This document shows, piece by piece, positions 52,671-64,000 of a DNA stretch of 64,000 bases. Under the pieces are notes generated by a model. That model was not told where the DNA came from, did no database searches, and saw only the letters and a program-made list of their open reading frames with translations. A program made the position numbers and the translations under genes. The number at the start of each line of letters is the position of its first letter. Position 1 is the stretch's first letter. This DNA is from Eledone cirrhosa (taxonomy: Eukaryota), in assembly GCA_964016885.1 (NCBI GenBank), contig OZ024740.1, positions 163,866,001 to 163,930,000 of the forward strand, in the 5' to 3' direction.

Positions 52671-53888
52671 ATATATTCTCTTCATCTTAACATACTAACC
52701 ATACACCCCCACACACATAACACCCATAACACCCCCCACACAACTCCCTCTCCCATTTCTACTAATAGAATCACTTTCCTACACACACACACATAAAATA
52801 TATATATTCTCTCCATCTTAACATACTCCCCCCACACACACATAACTCCCTCCCCTATTTCTACCAATAGTATTATCTTCCTACACACACACACAAACAC
52901 ACAAATAAACATACATATGTCTACTTTCTTTATTTCAATAGAAAATCTGAACTCTGACACCCCAGCGAACTAGCCATATTCACTGAACCAGAACAATTCT
53001 CCCATCCCATTTCTCTTGACCATTCCTTTGCTTGTCATAAAATTCTCTAAAAGGCTACACAATAAATTCCCAAATACGGGCGCGAAATTTAATGAACTTG
53101 TTCACGTGACAGCCTTAATTTAATTTATAATCAATCAAATTACATTTAAAAAGAAGCCTTCGTGAGCCCCCTTTTTTAAGTAAAAAGAAATTAAAACACT
53201 CATATATGAAAAAACAATCTGATCCCCCACCCCTTATTTGAAGAACTTTTGTAACGCGAACTGGCGCGAAACTTATACTTATTGACCAACCAATCAAATT
53301 ACTTCTCTAAAAACCTGGCGTTTCGAGCCACTTTTTCCATATAAAACAAGTAACATTCAAAGACCAACCAGATGTGAGAAAAACCACGGACCCTCCATCT
53401 CAACTCTACTTTTGAAAAGCAGAAGAACTGCGAACCCGGTAAAGGAACCCAATAAATATATATATTTTTTAAAAATAAGACTCCAGTTGAATTTTCGATT
53501 TCATCTTTTTTTCTTTCTCCTCCCCCCTCTCTCTCTCTCTCTTTATATATATATATATATTTGTGTATATGAGTATGGAGAGATATGCATGTGTGTATAT
53601 ATAGATTTAACGTTATTATTGAGTACCTGTGTGTGTGCGCATATGTGAGCAAAAGATCACACCTTTATATATGCGTGTGTTCGTATTTCCATGTAGACAC
53701 ACATACACTTATGTGAGAATGTATACGTTTACGTACTATGACGTATATGCGTGTGTGTATGTTTATGTTCTTGATATTTATTTATATATTTTTTCCCCTC
53801 AATTTTTTGCCCGTTATTTGATTTCAGCCTCACTTTTATATTTCCTAAATTTTGTTTTCAAATTCATATTTAATAAACATTCCATTTT

Positions 53889-53954
53889 ATTCTTTCTGAC
53901 ACGACTGAAGACAGATATTGATATCTGTCTTCAAGAAACCATTGGTAAATGAAT
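53889..53954 (+). ncRNA. Hammerhead of the 46458 family with a 2-nt core insertion, probably inactive
   Basis: ATTCTTT-CTGACACGA-cTGAAGACAGATAttgaTATCTGTCTTCAa-GAAACCATTGGTA-AATGAAT. Confidence 0.65.
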
Positions 53955-54257
53955 TAATTATCTCATGTTGTTTATTACATAACTATATTATATATATATA
54001 TGTAATTTTACATACTAGCGCTTTGCGACGAAGTGGTCAGGTTGTTGGTCTCGCTATCATAAGATGGATGTTCGAGTCTCAGCACAAACGATCCTTAGCA
54101 CCCATGAAACTAGGACAAGCTCCGAGTATCGTCGAACCCATGCAAACATAAAAAGAAAAAAAAAACGAAAAAAAAAAAAGCGAACATAAAACGATAACTT
54201 ACTGTAACTAGTACAATAGAGTCAGCTGCGTTAAGTTTGTGGTCAGAGGTAAGTGAC

Positions 54258-54260
<3 letters not shown>

Positions 54261-54333
<73 letters not shown>
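54261..54333. repeat. (GA)n microsatellite
   Basis: Direct reading; another tract at 62703-62801. Confidence 0.97.
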
Positions 54334-54337
<4 letters not shown>

Positions 54338-55780
54338 CTGTTTTTCGTATAAAGTAAGATAGAGAAGGGAAAGAGTTACGACAAGCAATTGAAACCAGAC
54401 CGCAGACTTTATCTATCGGAAGATTAAGAAAGTGCAAACGTTTACACACGCCCTCTCCCTTTCTTCCACTTCGTTTTTCTTCCTCTTTTCGCCCACTTCT
54501 TTCTTTCTTTCTTTCCCTCCTCTCTCTCTCACACATACATAGAGGAACATACATACAAGTATACACAAACATGTTTCAAGTGTTAAATTATTCCTGACTG
54601 TTTGAATTTTAATTATTCGATTTCTGATCTTATTTACTAATTAAAATTTGCTCTCATTTACATAAATAATTTATTTGCCAATGTGAAACAAAATGCTTAT
54701 ATCATTTTACATATTATCATGAAAAGTGTAAACTAATACTATCTCTTAGAGTGTAAGGTTAGATGTAGGTCAAAATTCGATTAGTCAGCCATGACTGGAA
54801 TTTATAAATGATTTAGTTTTAGACAGCTCATTTAATATAAGAAGTATTTGATATAATACAATACTTAACCGTCCCTACATCTTCAAGGACCATATATAAT
54901 ATACACAAGAAATTTAATAATTGGATAACTTTCAAGGTTTTAATAACATCATTGATTGTATTCCAAGTTTCATTATGTAATTTCCCTCAAGTTGTCTAAT
55001 TAAAATATATTTTCCAATATAATCCAAACGAAACATATATCGTAGCAACAAAGCCAACGAAAACTGATTCATTTTGAGGTATGAAAAACAGGAGAAGAGA
55101 TTCCTCAAAGAAATCATTTATGATCTTTCTTTATCCTCCCATTTATTTAAGCGACTATAAAATTCCGCCTCTGAGACGGGCTTCGTGATCCAATTCTGTC
55201 TATAGGGTTAAGAGAGTGCAACATTCTAATATGGTTAAGGCAAAATTTATTGGTGATAAAACAGATAAATGTTCGACTGGTAATAGCAGTTTGCCTGGAT
55301 GGGAATGGTTTTTGACGTATCAGATCATCTAGATTTTCTCATCCGCCATTCGGTTTTTCACGAAGTTTTCTTTCAGGCGGGGATGACGCATACGTCAACG
55401 AATTTAATAACCAAATCCCTATATTCGCTATATTCTCCCGCCTTGGGTATTTCGTTAGTTTTTCTAAATCATCATGACTGCCAGATACAGATCTATAACT
55501 CTCAAAATGTCTTCAAACCCCATACACACTGTCTATCTGTTTGTCAGTCAGTCTGTTTTTTATTTGCAGTTGAAACCGCGTCATTAATATTAGCTAAAAA
55601 ATGAGCAAAAAGAAAATAAGTAAAAAATGAACGCCAATAAATAAGAGAAGAGATTAAGGAAAAAAAAACGATATATTTAAAAAAATTTATTTAAAGTTAT
55701 TTTTTTATGTGTAATAAATTATTTTTTTCATGAAAGAAATTTTTTTTGCATATTTCAATATATATATATTTATATCAAGT

Positions 55781-55861
<81 letters not shown>

Positions 55862-56186
55862 GTTATTGCATGTATATACGAATACATGTATGTATGTATG
55901 TATAGATTTATTACACTATTTTTTTCATAATCCTCTAGTTCACACTCCGGCTCTTTTTCTCACATAAGCATATCATAAATATTGATATTTCCAAGGGAGA
56001 TTCAATTGTGGAAGAAAACATCTAGATATATGTTTGCTTAGTGGTATCACATTTTGTGATTAACAGTTTTGAGTTCAACCTATCTGTGTGGTGTTTTAGC
56101 ATTTCATTTCTCATTACATATTCATGTCTATTGTTATATATATATATATAGATTACATAAGTATCAAAGTTATGTTTAAATCATTT

Positions 56187-56238
56187 AATCGCTGACAATT
56201 GTTTCTTCCAAACTTAAGCTTGAAGTCCTCGGAGCATT
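56187..56238 (-). ncRNA. Degenerate hammerhead (CCGAGGA core)
   Basis: Minus strand reads GCT-CCGAGGA-cTTCAAGCttaaGTTTGGAA-GAAA-CAATTGT-C-AGC. Confidence 0.55.
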
Positions 56239-56992
56239 ATCAATGTTTGTACATATAATTAACCCCCTATCCAACTGAAGAATCATATAGATACATATAT
56301 ATTGATGTTGTGAACAACAATTTAGTATATATAGGGTGTAATGAATGCGACATATATTATACGAGAATTGTACAATAATTAAAATTAAAATTAAAATTAA
56401 AATTACAATTAAAGTTAAAATTAAAACCACAGAGTGGAATACATGTGACATATAATACAAGAGAATAGTCTAATAATTAGCGCGGCATTGAGAAAGAAGT
56501 ATTCAAGCGTGTAGAGATTGTACATGCGTTAGTCATATATATGGGAAGGAAACAAGCAAATATATTAGGCATATATTAGAACTGTATGGCAAGGTATTAC
56601 ATAAAATTCAAGCTCTTAAGCGTGTTATGGAGGATGTAATGCGATGATAGTTTCTGTATAGTTCAAACTTGTATGTGTGTAGAATATGAAAGTTACAGAT
56701 TTCATATCCATTACATATGTTAACTTATATTTGTATTGAATGTTTGTATTGAATGTTTTTAGTTAGCTATTGTAATGGATTGTAACTTGGTGTTATTGTA
56801 TTCATATTCATGGATTAGAGTTGTTCGACTGCGAGATTTTTCAACGGTTTAATATCCGGTTTAATTTCTCTTACTGGTAATGAGGTAGTAATAAATTACT
56901 GACCTTCCCTGCTTATAGTTGTTTATAGTATAGTATATACATAACTATAAATAGTATCTTTAATATTACATATATATATATATGTATGTATG

Positions 56993-57088
<96 letters not shown>

Positions 57089-57228
57089 GGTTTATTGGTT
57101 CACCACTGGATAGAACTGGTCGTTCCGTATGGTCAATCTCGATGTAATATTAGGAACAGCACTCGATGTAATGCAACTCACCCGTCTTCGTTTGTGTTGT
57201 TGGTGGTGGGAGTACGGAGTTAATTATT

Positions 57229-57633
57229 ATAAAATAACAGGAGGCTGGACTTATGTAAGTCCTTAAAGGTTTATTATACTATAAACATTTCAATGACCGG
57301 GTTCAGTATGAATCCGGTGACATCATCAGGTATTCGAAATTTAACAAAGGAATATAATCCATGGGGCTGAAAAGGCAGAGAGAGAAGAAGGCGGCCACAC
57401 ATTTAGCTCTTTCTAGTTCGGTCGGCCGCCTTCAAGCCGACCGAACTAGAAAGAGCTAAATGTGTGGCCGCCTTCTTCTCTCTCTGCCTTTTCAGCCCCA
57501 TGGATTATATTCCTTTGTTAAATTTCGAATACCTGATGATGTCACCGGATTCATACTGAACCCGGTCATTGAAATGTTTATAGTATAATAAACCTTTAAG
57601 GAATTACACCAGTCCAACCTCCTGTTATTTTAT
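57229..57633. mobile_element. Fold-back palindrome (arms of about 198 bp, 9-nt loop) with a hammerhead in each arm (57529-57586, +)
   Basis: Centre TTCGGTCGGC-cgccttcaa-GCCGACCGAA; ATAC-CTGATGA-..ACCGG..CCGGT..-GAAA-TGTTTAT-A-GTAT. Confidence 0.85.
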
Positions 57634-58135
57634 TATATATATATATATATCGTTATACTTGGGGAGGGTCATATTTGTGTAATATTGCCAGAATTAATAA
57701 CAGAACACACTCACTGTTTGGTTGGTTTTCGCTTCTCGCTGTCTTTTATATCGGTAATCTAACTTACTCGGTCTTCAATGTTGCCATTGACTGACCGACG
57801 GTCAAAAATAATACAGATACAATATAGACACACACACATATATATAGTTTATCATAAATATTTCGTTGCACATCTGCAATATCGTCAGTGGTGTTATATT
57901 TTCCTCCTGTTGTGTTGTATGTCTACGCCATTTTTATTCAGTCTGTCTATATATTTATTTATTTATTTGCTTGTTTGTTTATTTTATTTCGTCTTCTTTG
58001 CGCATGCGTTTGCGTGTGAGTATAGTGTTATGTTTGCTGTGTGATGGGTGACTAGTGTGTGTTTATGTGCTTGTTGTTATTGTGCTTGTGTATGTATTTA
58101 TTTATTTATTTATTTATCTTATTTTATTTACTTAT

Positions 58136-59587
58136 TTATACTTCTCTTAGGTCAGTGTAGTTTGTTTGGGTGTTGTTGTTATTCCATTCATTCTTTCTGT
58201 TTAGCTTTGGTCTTCTAATTTCTATTTCACTGGCCTCTCTGATTTGCCTATCTGCTGGGTCATTTCTATGTTTAGATATTATTCTAATTTCTATGTTGTC
58301 TATGTTACCGTCATGTTGTTGTCTAGCATGTTCGTATAGTACTGACCCGTTTTTTCGTCCTTTTAGTTCCCCCCAGTGTTGGTCTATCCTTTCACCTATG
58401 CTACGAGCTGTCTCACCTATGTATGTTGTTGTCATGTTTCTGCAAGTACCCTCTGTACATCTTATGCTATAGACTACGTTTCTAGTTTTACAGTTTATCC
58501 GGGGGTTCACCTTACATATGATACATTTCCTATTGGTACAGTGGGTTTTCTTAAAAGGGTAGGTTTTGCTGATCAGGGATTTTATGGTGGTTCCTGGCTT
58601 TTCTACCACCTTTATTTTTAAATGGGTCTTTCTCAGGGCCTTTCTACACTGGTTAGCTAATTTCCCCCCAGGGGTGGCGTCCACAAACATGACACTCTGG
58701 TATCTCTGGTTGTCGTACCATGAGGTGGTTTTCCCTATCTTATGTCTAGCCCTATCTAAGCTATTCCATGATTTGCTCCTGTATAATGGGCAAATTCCTT
58801 TCATGTCCAGTTCTATGAGGGTCTTATACTTTTCCATGGCTCCTTCGTATACTCTGACTCTGGCTCTTTGGTTGTAGCCAGAGAACTGCATGCGGTTGAT
58901 GAAGTGTTGGATGTGTCTTTCCATTTCTTTTGGGTCGCACATGCGGGACACATTCTTCATCACTCGTACCAAATCTGCGATCAGAATATTAAACCCAGCA
59001 CTACTGGACATTGCTGAGTTTTTGAGTATCAGGTATTTGGAGGCCATGGGTTTAGCATAGTGTGAGTGGAGAATTTGGGCTCTCTCGTCTATAGTGTTAA
59101 TCCAGAGTTCTGTGTCTAATACAGGTAGTCTATTGTTAGGGTGTTTGGAAGGGAAGTCGATAGTTACAGTTATACTCTGGTGTATGGAATTAGCTATCTG
59201 CTGGATGCTTTCCATCGTGCTACGTTCTAAATCAAACTTGTTAGTGCTCTCTAGTGGGGGTGTTCTTATAACTATATTGATATCGTCTACATAACGAGAG
59301 TACATGATGAGGTCTATGGAGCTCTCATTAAGGAGATCTTTAAGTCTCCTTTCCCACCATACCATGAAAAGGTTGGCACCATCACCAGCTATGCTGACGC
59401 CGATGGCTGCTCCCTCATTTTGGGTGTAGATTTTCTCGTTGAACTTAAATATGTGGCCCTTTAGGGTAGTTTTGATACTAGCCCCTATTGCATGTGCGAC
59501 CATTTTTCTTACTTGATCATTGTTTTGGGGGGTCCGTATAGCTTTGGTCCACCCAATCCACCTTCCCATGGGAGTCGTTTTTGCCAT
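58136..59587 (-). CDS. 5'-truncated Penelope-like RT and GIY-YIG ORF (Nematis-like); 483 aa open
   Basis: GAAIGVS..ANLFM, RYVDD, PVLD, HYAKPM, CxxxxCxxC linker, VVYSIRC..YIGETAR..R..H, R.I.E..I....P.LN.K.E. Confidence 0.88.
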   Translation of the reverse strand: MAKTTPMGRWIGWTKAIRTPQNNDQVRKMVAHAIGASIKTTLKGHIFKFNEKIYTQNEGAAIGVSIAGDGANLFMVWWERRLKDLLNESSIDLIMYSRYVDDINIVIRTPPLESTNKFDLERSTMESIQQIANSIHQSITVTIDFPSKHPNNRLPVLDTELWINTIDERAQILHSHYAKPMASKYLILKNSAMSSSAGFNILIADLVRVMKNVSRMCDPKEMERHIQHFINRMQFSGYNQRARVRVYEGAMEKYKTLIELDMKGICPLYRSKSWNSLDRARHKIGKTTSWYDNQRYQSVMFVDATPGGKLANQCRKALRKTHLKIKVVEKPGTTIKSLISKTYPFKKTHCTNRKCIICKVNPRINCKTRNVVYSIRCTEGTCRNMTTTYIGETARSIGERIDQHWGELKGRKNGSVLYEHARQQHDGNIDNIEIRIISKHRNDPADRQIREASEIEIRRPKLNRKNEWNNNNTQTNYTDLREV

Positions 59588-59604
59588 TGAGGTTATATAT
59601 ATAT

Positions 59605-59745
<141 letters not shown>

Positions 59746-59771
59746 TGTATATATATATATGTATATGTATG

Positions 59772-59819
<48 letters not shown>

Positions 59820-59966
59820 TGTATATATATATATATATGTGTATAGTGGTAGCTATGGTGCTTCCGTAGGCGGTATGCCAAAATTAGCACTCGATATTCA
59901 TCAGAGTAGAGTGTAGATATTATAAAGAAAACGAAAAATCAGTGATGCATCTGGACTTAGTTTATT

Positions 59967-60059
59967 TCGTGTTACAAATGTTTCGCTGGCATGTAGCTCG
60001 AGTCATGGTCGTTGTATGGATCTAGCTGATTCTACTTCTGCGGGTTCTTTCAGACACGA
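59967..60059 (-). ncRNA. Degenerate hammerhead with one extra core nucleotide
   Basis: Minus strand reads TCGTGT-CTGAAAGA-...-GAAA-CATTTGT-A-ACACGA. Confidence 0.5.
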
Positions 60060-60147
60060 GTGTTATGTCCGAAGCAAATTTTATCACACATATATATATA
60101 TATATGTGTACATATATATATGTGTGATAAAATTTGCTTCGGACAAA

Positions 60148-61023
60148 TTCAGGTGTTCTCTGGCTGCACACACTTTTGGGTTTGCAGAGCTGGCGTGCTT
60201 CCCTTTGTTCTTTTTCCTCGGCACCAGGGTTTCACTTGCTTCCGCCACTGCATTGGTAAAGTGCCCGTACCTCCTCGTTACACTCTCCTTGGTCCATCCA
60301 ATCTCTCTCTCCCCTGACTCTCCACACAGAGCACTAAACCTGTTTCTCACTTCCACTGTGAACCTCTCCTGTAGCCTATCATCTTCCTTGAAATCTCCCC
60401 AGTCATAGATTGTTCTCCGGGGCTGAGCCTTGCTCTTTCTTAAGCTCACGCGGACCTCACTCATAACAAGCCGGTGGTCACTACCCAGTGTACTGAAATA
60501 GCTGTATGGTTCCGTGTTCAGAACACTATTCCGCCACTTTTCCCTCACCAGAATGAAATCAATGTGGGACTTGGACAGGTGCATATCTGAGATGTAGGTC
60601 CACATCTTCCCCATATTCTTCCTAAACCCTAGGTTGGTCGCCATCAAGTTCGCCTCCAGCAGGGTGTCTCTCAGTAGTCTTCCATTTCGGTTGGTGTTGT
60701 TATGGAAGTACCAGCAAGGATCTTCACTGCCCTCCTTACTCAGATGTGCATTGAAGTCCCCCAAAACAAGCAGGATATTGTGTGCCTGAGTAGTGTTGAC
60801 AGCTCTACACACCTCCTTATGGAACTCTTCCGCACTCACATCACTGTCCCCCTCGGTTGGACTATAGGCTGAGATGACTGTCAGTCTTGGGTTTCCATTG
60901 AAGGTCACTCTCAACACTTGCGGGGAGATAGGTATTATTTCCCTCACCAACAGATTGATTTTTGTACTGAACACAAAACCCACTCCTTCTACTGCAGCAT
61001 TTGTTGTGTTCTTCACTGCCAAT

Positions 61024-61025
<2 letters not shown>
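60148..61025 (-). mobile_element. RTE LINE APE endonuclease segment
   Basis: GVGF, SAYSPT, LGDFNA, NRNG, HIDFIL, GSDHRLV. Confidence 0.9.
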
Positions 61026-61645
<620 letters not shown>

Positions 61646-62702
61646 GATATACATACATAGATGTATGTATATCTTCATATCGTTGGTTTTAGTCGTATGC
61701 CAACTCTGATTAGGTAGACTTATAGTCAAAAGCATTCCAACCGTCTCATATCCACAAACAATGTATCCATGTAGCTAACCTCTTCAATGTATCCTTCTTT
61801 TTTCTAAACGGTATAGTTTGATTTGAAAGTGTTTTGGTTGCTATTTCCAACAGGTTTAGTTTAAGATCATTTTCTTGAGGACCTACAGTTTCTATGTTCA
61901 GATTCAAAGTTTAAACCTGTAATTTTGATCTTTGGTTTCATTTGACAAGACAGAAGGTCTTTTCTTTTAGGAAGAGTGAAGGGTAGGTGATGCAAAATGG
62001 TTTTAATTGAGGAGAGAAACTATGTCATGATCATAGTTGGTTGTGAACTTTTTCCTTTTCATTACATTTTTATCTCCAGCACTTTATTTTTATTTATTCA
62101 CTCAGTTACATTGTGAAATGCTTAAAGTTCGCGTTCTTTACCAATGTATAAAATATTTTATGCAAATATTTCGAATTTTGTAAGTAAGAACACATGCATG
62201 CGTATAAATAAATATAAGCTCTTCTCATGTATTTCCACACGATAATTCAAATATATAAGCATGTAACTAAAATAATTAGCGAAATAGAACCGGTATTTCT
62301 ATCTGCAGGTCTTACAAGAAAATAAGGGCATTTAAAACTGTCAGTATATTCTAATTGACCAACCAAAATTTTGACATGTAGAACTCTGATATGATATAAG
62401 CATGATGTTTCTTTGATTTCATCACGGTGTCAGCCATGTTGTTATCACAGCTATGTTAGAATCAATTAACTTACTTTAAAACCAGCAATGAGTCGCTTGA
62501 CCCACTAGAAAGAGCAGTCAAACGTCTTTAAATTCGCACTCTATCGTCTTAAAAAGGAAAGAAGAAATGTTGGATAATGCAAAGGTAAAGAGAAGAGAGG
62601 TGGTTTTGGCTGGAAGATTCAATTAACAACAACAACAGCAAAATCAACATCTAGCTATGAGGTATCGGCGAAATAATCGAATTACAAAGGTAGTATTGCT
62701 TC

Positions 62703-62806
<104 letters not shown>

Positions 62807-63279
62807 GGGCTAATTGATAAAGTGTGTTGCTAAGTTGCTAGGTATTATAAAGACCAATGTATTCATTAATGTATTTAATCAAATATAAATGAAGATGAAG
62901 CTAACTAGACAGTAATACGATATAAGTTGTTGATGAACCACGTTTTTGCTCTGATTGAGCAGATCTATAATGAAAGGCCTTTCAGCTATGAACATTCTGA
63001 ATCTTTTCTAACAGTAGCGTGTGATTTCAGGGAGATTTGGCTTCTATGAATAGTGATTCGAGTAAATACGTAAATACTTTGTCAAGATACTTTAGGAGTG
63101 ATATAGAAAGAACGAAAGAGGAAGAATGCTCACAATGAAATATGTAATTAAATCGAAACAAAACAAATCAATAATTGCTCTATGGACGCAGCATGTGGCA
63201 GGTGTTTTTGTTTTTGGTGGGAATTAGTAACCTCCTTCACTTCATTCTCTATGCTTTTAGACGACCAATGTAGACACAG

Positions 63280-63520
63280 AATGGCTGAATGGTTAAGAAG
63301 TTCGCATCGCAATCATTAAGTCCCGGGTTCGATCAACTGTGAGGCATCTTGGGCAAATGTCGTTTGCCATAACTTCAGGTTGTGAGTGAAATTGGGCAAA
63401 TGGGAACTGTTTGGAAGTCTGCCGGATGGATTGTACGTGTAATTCAAAGGGACACCCTTGTCACATTGAGTCTCACGCTAAATCTCCTTGGAACACCCGT
63501 CGTTGGAACTGACGGAAGTA
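63280..63520 (+). mobile_element. Degenerate tRNA-derived SINE
   Basis: TGGCTGAATGGTTAAG, GGTTCGATC and CAAAGGG..CCTTGTCACA. Confidence 0.6.
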
Positions 63521-64000
63521 CAACACACACACAGAGGCGGATGAAGCAATTAAAAAAGGGATGAAATAAAGATGTGTTGGTTTGTCAGTGAGAAATAAAG
63601 TTTTTTGGGGCATAAAAATTATGTTTCATTTACATATAAAAAATTTATATAATGATTATATTTGACAAAAGAAATAAATTAATATAAACTAATCAGAGAA
63701 AAGCGCAAAGAAAAACGTGAGAAGATAAATACACACTGAACTACAGGCCTTAAAAGGGAATGATGCTGTTTTCCTTTAAATTTACTTGAGACAAGGAAAG
63801 TTATACAATACATTGTCGCAGGTGATAGTATGGTTAAGGCAGTGAAATAGTCTAACACCCTCATGAGTATCACAATAAACATTGTTTTTGGAAACGGTCA
63901 TAGTCAGAGATTAAAACAACATAAAAATTAAAGTACTATGTGCTGGGCTTGCGTGGTGGTTCTGTGGTGTGTTTGAGAGTAAAGAAATTTAGGGCGGGTA

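Larger units (their letters stand above)
47423..53516 (-). mobile_element. Penelope-like element (Neptune-type) with an inverted 3' duplication of about 2 kb
   Basis: Minus-strand RT and GIY-YIG at 48952-51430; 51465-53516 is the reverse complement of about 47485-49780; (TA)n-rich flanks. Confidence 0.92.

Overview
AT-rich eukaryotic DNA made almost entirely of repeats, with no supportable host gene. The tRNA-derived SINE families and the (TA)n/(CA)n/(TAA)n density resemble an Octopus/coleoid cephalopod genome; this is recognised from memory, not from a search. Retroelements present: a near full-length R4/Dong-type RLE LINE lying head-to-head with a full-length Tx1/L1 LINE, a six-member head-to-tail stack of Dong copies at (TAA)n, two Penelope-like elements (RT plus GIY-YIG), RTE, CR1 and CRE-type fragments, many SINEs and a few MITEs. 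Four observations stand out. (1) About a dozen type I minimal hammerhead ribozyme motifs from several unrelated families sit in short fold-back inserts within (TA)n tracts; some have a U3-A8 core. (2) A recurring junction signature of arm, spacer, perfect 20+20 bp snap-back, then inverted arm. (3) A 581-nt retrozyme-like monomer. (4) Two RTE fragments 23.5 kb apart that rejoin in frame through a duplicated TTCAG, with a further 5' inversion. All alignments and folds were done by eye, so coordinates may be off by a few bases.
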